Source of the DNA: Candidatus Proteinoplasmatales archaeon SG8-5
Lineage (GTDB): Archaea > Thermoplasmatota > Thermoplasmata > SG8-5
NCBI GenBank assembly: GCA_001595885.1
Contig: LSSH01000059.1
Span: 1 to 53,836 of the forward strand
DNA length: 53,836 nt
Direction: 5' to 3'
Below are positions 49,629-53,836 of this stretch, in pieces. The position numbers and the translations under genes were made by a program. The notes beneath the pieces are model-generated. The model ran no database searches. It was not told the DNA's origin and saw nothing but the letters and a program-made list of their open reading frames with translations. Every line of letters starts with the position of its first letter. Position 1 is the stretch's first letter.

Positions 49629-50240
49629 TCAGTCGGTGAAGGTCTCGCCCTTCTCGTAATTCTCCTTCAGGTGATTGAGTATGACATCACGGTTGCGCTT
49701 GAGGTGCGAATCATACCACACCCTGACAACATCCGCCAGTATTGCGTGGAATTGTTCGAGGCTGAGCTTTTTCACGGGCGTATCCAACAACACGTACTGT
49801 CCGTAGATCCTCTTCCAGCCAGAATACTTGTAGTAGTGTTCCCCCTCACAGAATTCAAAGGTCAGCATGGCGTTTGTGGCGTTCTTCTCGGTGTAGAATC
49901 TCAGCTTGAGCGTGTCACCGACACGACCCTGGTCCCTTGTCCTGTCAATTAGCTGGATCAGGTTAATGCTGCCGAAATCGAAGTTGTCCTTCAGCGACCA
50001 TTCGTACGGATACCGTTCGAACTGGGCGAACAGGGTGTGTGAAGGCTCCATCGAAAAGTGAATGTTGATCCTCTCGAACCTGAGCAGTATCTTCCAGAAG
50101 TCCGAAACAAGGATCTTGTTCAGGTCGTCCTTCTCCGAGGTCTGCTCGCCGTCGCTCTTCATTGCGGTTTCCGTCTTCTTGTCCAGTTCCTTGTCCAAGA
50201 CTTCAAACCAGTCCTCACTCTTGCCCTGTTTGGCAGCCAT
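49629..50240 (-). CDS. Hypothetical protein
   Basis: 203-aa soluble ORF with typical codon usage; no recognisable motif. Confidence 0.7.
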   Translation of the reverse strand: MAAKQGKSEDWFEVLDKELDKKTETAMKSDGEQTSEKDDLNKILVSDFWKILLRFERINIHFSMEPSHTLFAQFERYPYEWSLKDNFDFGSINLIQLIDRTRDQGRVGDTLKLRFYTEKNATNAMLTFEFCEGEHYYKYSGWKRIYGQYVLLDTPVKKLSLEQFHAILADVVRVWYDSHLKRNRDVILNHLKENYEKGETFTD

Positions 50241-50408
50241 AATTACCACTTTGTCGGTGAATAGGATACGGACATATAAAAGTTATGTAATGGCTGCCGC
50301 ACGTTCGATGCAGCCAGGCATGATAGGAAACGCGCTTTCGTAATAAAATCACATACCAGAAATGCTTTTATATCAATCTCACTTACGCACATCTCCAACG
50401 GTGAAGCA

Positions 50409-50792
50409 ATGGCACTGTGGCAGGGTAAATCAAAGAGGAAGCGGACGGGCGGCCGCTACAGACCGATACGGAAAAAGAGGAAGTTCGAGATCGCACCAGA
50501 GGTCCAATTCACCGTCATCACGGACGAGAGGAATACAAAAGGCTACAGAACCCGCGGCGACAACAAGAAAATGCGTCTTATGACAGTCGTTCGGGCCAAC
50601 GTCTTTGACCCAAAATCCGGCAAGGTCAGGAACACCAAGATCCAAACCGTCAAAAGCAACCCGGCGAACCCGAATTATGTCCAGAGGAACATCATAACCA
50701 AGGGCGCGATGATACAGACCGAACTGGGCCTGGCAAGGGTGACATCGAGACCGGGTCAGGACGGAATCATCAACGCGGTCCTCGTCGGGTAG
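50409..50792 (+). CDS. rps8e: 30S ribosomal protein S8e
   Basis: WQGKS.RK.TGGR, RTRG, RNIITKGA.I.T..G.A.VTSRPGQDG. Confidence 0.97.
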   Translation: MALWQGKSKRKRTGGRYRPIRKKRKFEIAPEVQFTVITDERNTKGYRTRGDNKKMRLMTVVRANVFDPKSGKVRNTKIQTVKSNPANPNYVQRNIITKGAMIQTELGLARVTSRPGQDGIINAVLVG

Positions 50793-50802
50793 GTGTGGTC
50801 CG

Positions 50803-51108
50803 ATGGTGAGAACCAGGGCAGACCACATAGTTCTCTGGCCGAGTTATTTTGATACCAGGAAAAGCCGCTCGGAGGGCCGGCGCACACCGAAGAACCAGTC
50901 CATCGAAAGCCCCTCGGCAGAGGAGGTGCACAAAGCGGTTAAGAGACTGGGATTCAAAGCTACAATTGATCCGAGCAAGTCACATCCCAATGCCTGGTGG
51001 GAGAAAGAGGGTCTTGTACGTGTTGAGAAGACCATCTCCAAGGCGGAGCTGATAAGCCGTGTGGCTGCCGAGTTGAAAAGTACAGAGGGCAATCGCAAAC
51101 TCCAGTAG
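50803..51108 (+). CDS. srp19: Signal recognition particle protein SRP19
   Basis: LWPSYFD..KSRSEGRR.PK, K.HP..WW...G.V. Confidence 0.93.
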   Translation: MVRTRADHIVLWPSYFDTRKSRSEGRRTPKNQSIESPSAEEVHKAVKRLGFKATIDPSKSHPNAWWEKEGLVRVEKTISKAELISRVAAELKSTEGNRKLQ

Positions 51109-51111
51109 CCC

Positions 51112-51402
51112 CTATCCGTCTTGCGGCGTCTTAACCTCATCAACAAGCTTCTTGCCAGACGACACGCTGTCGACCGAGTGAATCACGGCACCGCACTCAC
51201 CGATCACCTTTTTCACCGACTCAAAGTCTATTGAATGGCCTTCGATGGTGATCTTGATGCTCTCCGTTTCTTGGTCGACCTCGTCAAGAGTGCAATTCAC
51301 TCCAGAAATCCCCTCTAGCTGCCCCACCTTCTGGGACACCTCAATGATCGAAGGGTTGTGTGGCTTCAGCACATCGAGGACTAATCGTTTTATATCAGAC
51401 AA
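51112..51402 (-). CDS. DUF211 family protein
   Basis: IKRLVLDVLKPH.P, G.VIHSVD.V. Confidence 0.88.
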   Translation of the reverse strand: MSDIKRLVLDVLKPHNPSIIEVSQKVGQLEGISGVNCTLDEVDQETESIKITIEGHSIDFESVKKVIGECGAVIHSVDSVSSGKKLVDEVKTPQDG

Positions 51403-51516
51403 TATAGGTCCCTGCCGATTTCAACATAAAGGGTCAAGTATATGAAACTTACTAAACCTATTTGCTCAATAGTTAAATAGTGCGAGCCTATAACCAATGA
51501 AACCTGGTGAGGAAGC

Positions 51517-52545
51517 ATGATACGTTTTGGTCCCTCTGGTATTCCCCTTTCCTGCAAAGGAAGAACATTGAGGGACGGAATCGAGGATGTACACACCCTG
51601 GGATTGACCGCCCTCGAAATTCAATTGGTAAGGACCAACACGGTAGAAAGGTACGCGACCGACGAGGACATTGGCAGAGTACCGAATGACATAACCGATG
51701 AACTTGTCATCGAGGTTCTCAGAGGGAGCGGCAAGAGGCGGACGATCGTTGATTTCAAGGAGAAGATAAAGAAGGGTGACGTCATCTGCACGATGATCAA
51801 CCCGATCGCCCACAATTACCAACATCTCAAAGAACTGGGGGAGATTGCCAGCAACCTCGATGTAGTGCTCTCTCTACACACCCCTTATTACATGGACCTC
51901 GTGGCAAACAACGACCTAACACAAAACAGTCTGGACAGCATAAGATGGGGCGGCCTCCTCGCCCAGGAGATGGGGGCCACAATCGTTGCGACCCACCTGG
52001 GCATGTATGGCAACCTTTCCAAAAAAAAGGCCACCAAGCGCATCATCGATAATATCAAGTTCCTACAGGACTGGTTCGATGAAAGGAAGATCAAGGTCCC
52101 GCTGGGCCTTGAGACGAGCGGCCGGCAGGAGATATTCGGCGATTTCAAGGAGATAATCAAGGTTTGCGAGGAGGTCAAGGGCCCGGTACCTGTGCTGAAC
52201 TTCCCCCACATCCATGCAAGGGGTAATGGAGCACTGAAGAAAAAGGAGGACTTCCAGGAGCTGTTCGATAAAATATCGAAATTCTCCTCCAAGTACCACT
52301 ACACCCATTTCTCAGGCGTTGAACACGAGGACGGGAACGAGATCAGGTACACACCCATCAAGAAGGGGGACCTCAAGTTCGAACCCCTGGCCGAATGCAT
52401 ACTGGACAATGATTTTGACATGACCATCATATCCGGCTCACCACTGCTGGAACACGATGCGATGTATATGAGAGTGATAATGGAGAGGGTCCTGGCCAAG
52501 CGGGAGGCAAAGGCCGAAAGGCAGAGGAAGAAGGATAAAAAGTGA
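51517..52545 (+). CDS. Endonuclease IV-like TIM-barrel protein
   Basis: IRFGPSG.P, LSLHTPYY, HLG.Y, ETSGRQ..FG, HIHAR, HFSG, SP.LEHDA. Confidence 0.85.
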   Translation: MIRFGPSGIPLSCKGRTLRDGIEDVHTLGLTALEIQLVRTNTVERYATDEDIGRVPNDITDELVIEVLRGSGKRRTIVDFKEKIKKGDVICTMINPIAHNYQHLKELGEIASNLDVVLSLHTPYYMDLVANNDLTQNSLDSIRWGGLLAQEMGATIVATHLGMYGNLSKKKATKRIIDNIKFLQDWFDERKIKVPLGLETSGRQEIFGDFKEIIKVCEEVKGPVPVLNFPHIHARGNGALKKKEDFQELFDKISKFSSKYHYTHFSGVEHEDGNEIRYTPIKKGDLKFEPLAECILDNDFDMTIISGSPLLEHDAMYMRVIMERVLAKREAKAERQRKKDKK

Positions 52546-53093
52546 GGGAGAACGTGGAGGAAGCCGAGAAACACATAATAGAGCGCATTACCCAAACCCT
52601 TGAAGCCAGCGACGTCAAGGAACGGGACCAGTTCATGGATACGATACTGGCCACCGACAAGATATTCATTTATGGGGTCGGCAGGTCTGGTCTTGTTGCC
52701 AAGTCCTTTGCCATTCGCCTAGTGCAACTCGGCCTAAAGGTGTTCTTCATCGGCGAGACGGTTACACCGATTGTCGAACCCAACGACCTCGTCATCATCA
52801 TCTCGAACACAGGTCAGACTATGTCAGCAGTGCAAACGGCAAACATAGTCCGCAGGGTGGGGGCGACGGTGGTTGCCATCACCTCCAGGGACCACTCGAA
52901 ACTCGCCCACGCGGCCAGCGTAGTAATTCATCTTCAGACCGGAACAGCAGATGAAGACAGTGAACTGGCTCCATTGGGCACGGTGTTCGAAGACAGCACT
53001 CAAATATTCCTCGACGGAATAGTCTCGAACCTGGCAAAAAAGATGGGCGCGTCCGAATCGAAGATGAGAGCGCGGCATTCCATCTGGGTATGA
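52542..53093 (+). CDS. hxlB: 6-phospho-3-hexuloisomerase (SIS domain)
   Basis: IFIYGVGRSGLVAKSFAIRL, IGET.TP, APLGT.FE, M.ARH. Confidence 0.85.
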   Translation: MRENVEEAEKHIIERITQTLEASDVKERDQFMDTILATDKIFIYGVGRSGLVAKSFAIRLVQLGLKVFFIGETVTPIVEPNDLVIIISNTGQTMSAVQTANIVRRVGATVVAITSRDHSKLAHAASVVIHLQTGTADEDSELAPLGTVFEDSTQIFLDGIVSNLAKKMGASESKMRARHSIWV

Positions 53094-53105
53094 GCAATCG
53101 TCGTT

Positions 53106-53282
53106 GACGATTGCGATTACTCCCCGCCCACTCCGAAATTATGAAAGGACCGCTCAGCCGTGAACCGACGATTGCGATTACTTCCCGCCCACCCCGAAAT
53201 TATAAAAGGACCGCTCAGCCGTGAACCGACGATTGCGATTATTCCCCGCCCACCCGATTATGAGAGAACGCCCAGCTGTGAA
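53106..53282. repeat. Tandem direct repeat, 61-bp unit, 3 copies (third degenerate)
   Basis: GACGATTGCGATTA.T.CCCGCCCAC... starts at 53106, 53167 and 53228. Confidence 0.9.
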
Positions 53283-53381
53283 ATGAAGAGGGCAAAGGCC
53301 CCCTCGGTCGTGAATCACGAGAGAGGCTGATTTTGGGAAAAACTTATAGAAGAGCGGAGGATTGCCAGGCTAGGGTTTAGC

Positions 53382-53786
53382 TTGGACGACTTCGAATATG
53401 AGTTGGACGAGATCAGGAAAAGAAAGATGGAGGAATTGGCGATGAGCGAGAACACGGAAGGGTGGCCGAACAAGCCGGTAGACATCACTGATGCGGAGTT
53501 CTTAGATTTCATTAAAAGATATGAGTTCACGGTGGTCGACTGTTGGGCTCCGTGGTGCGGACCATGCCGCTTGCTCGGGCCCGTCATCGAGGAGCTGGCG
53601 TCTGAATACGAGGGCAGGGTGGCCTTCGGAAAGCTCAACACCGATAACAACCAGGCGACGGCACTGGCCCACGGCATAATGAGCATTCCAACATTGTTGT
53701 TCTTCAAAGGAGGCGAGCTCGTGGACAGGACAACGGGGGCCCTGCCCAAACCTGTGCTCGAGGAGAAGCTCCAGGAACACCTCTGA
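53382..53786 (+). CDS. trxA: Thioredoxin
   Basis: WAPWCGPC, SIPTLL; N-terminal ELDEIRKRKMEEL extension. Confidence 0.95.
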   Translation: MDDFEYELDEIRKRKMEELAMSENTEGWPNKPVDITDAEFLDFIKRYEFTVVDCWAPWCGPCRLLGPVIEELASEYEGRVAFGKLNTDNNQATALAHGIMSIPTLLFFKGGELVDRTTGALPKPVLEEKLQEHL

Positions 53787-53801
53787 ATCGGCGGAACGCA
53801 A

Positions 53802-53836
53802 ATGGACGAACACGAATTGATAATAATCGGCGGCGG
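53802..53836 (+). CDS. Probable thioredoxin reductase, N-terminal fragment
   Basis: MDEHELIIIGG(G), the start of an FAD-binding motif, directly after trxA; truncated by the window edge. Confidence 0.6.
   Translation, partial: MDEHELIIIGG

Noticed and set aside
53106..53282. CRISPR array
   Set aside because: Whole 61-bp units repeat with no unique spacers, and there are no cas genes

Overview
Core-genome segment of an archaeon of the Thermoplasmatota (class Thermoplasmata), judged from 16S signatures, a stand-alone 16S gene with no 23S/5S, and a DUF3198-type gene. Housekeeping content: type II GAPDH, tRNA modification (TrmJ, TruA, TiaS, MtaB-type), ribosomal proteins, aIF2-gamma, SRP RNA and SRP19, CoA synthesis, tRNA-Asp, and cdc6/orc1 with an ORB-like box in an AT-rich trough (probable origin). 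Peptidases and two large modular surface proteins suggest a protein-degrading heterotroph. Best novelty candidates: (1) a four-gene operon pairing two cell-surface proteins and a small membrane protein with a polytopic membrane-embedded tandem CDC48-like AAA+ ATPase that has degenerate catalytic motifs; (2) tiaS, encoding the AUA-decoding enzyme, lacks a canonical start before its catalytic motif and appears to begin at ATA; (3) unannotated C/D-box-type sRNAs upstream of rps6e; (4) a 44-aa four-Cys microprotein; (5) a pre-16S trailer able to pair with the anti-SD. No CRISPR array, transposase or provirus was seen. All calls were made by eye, without database searches.
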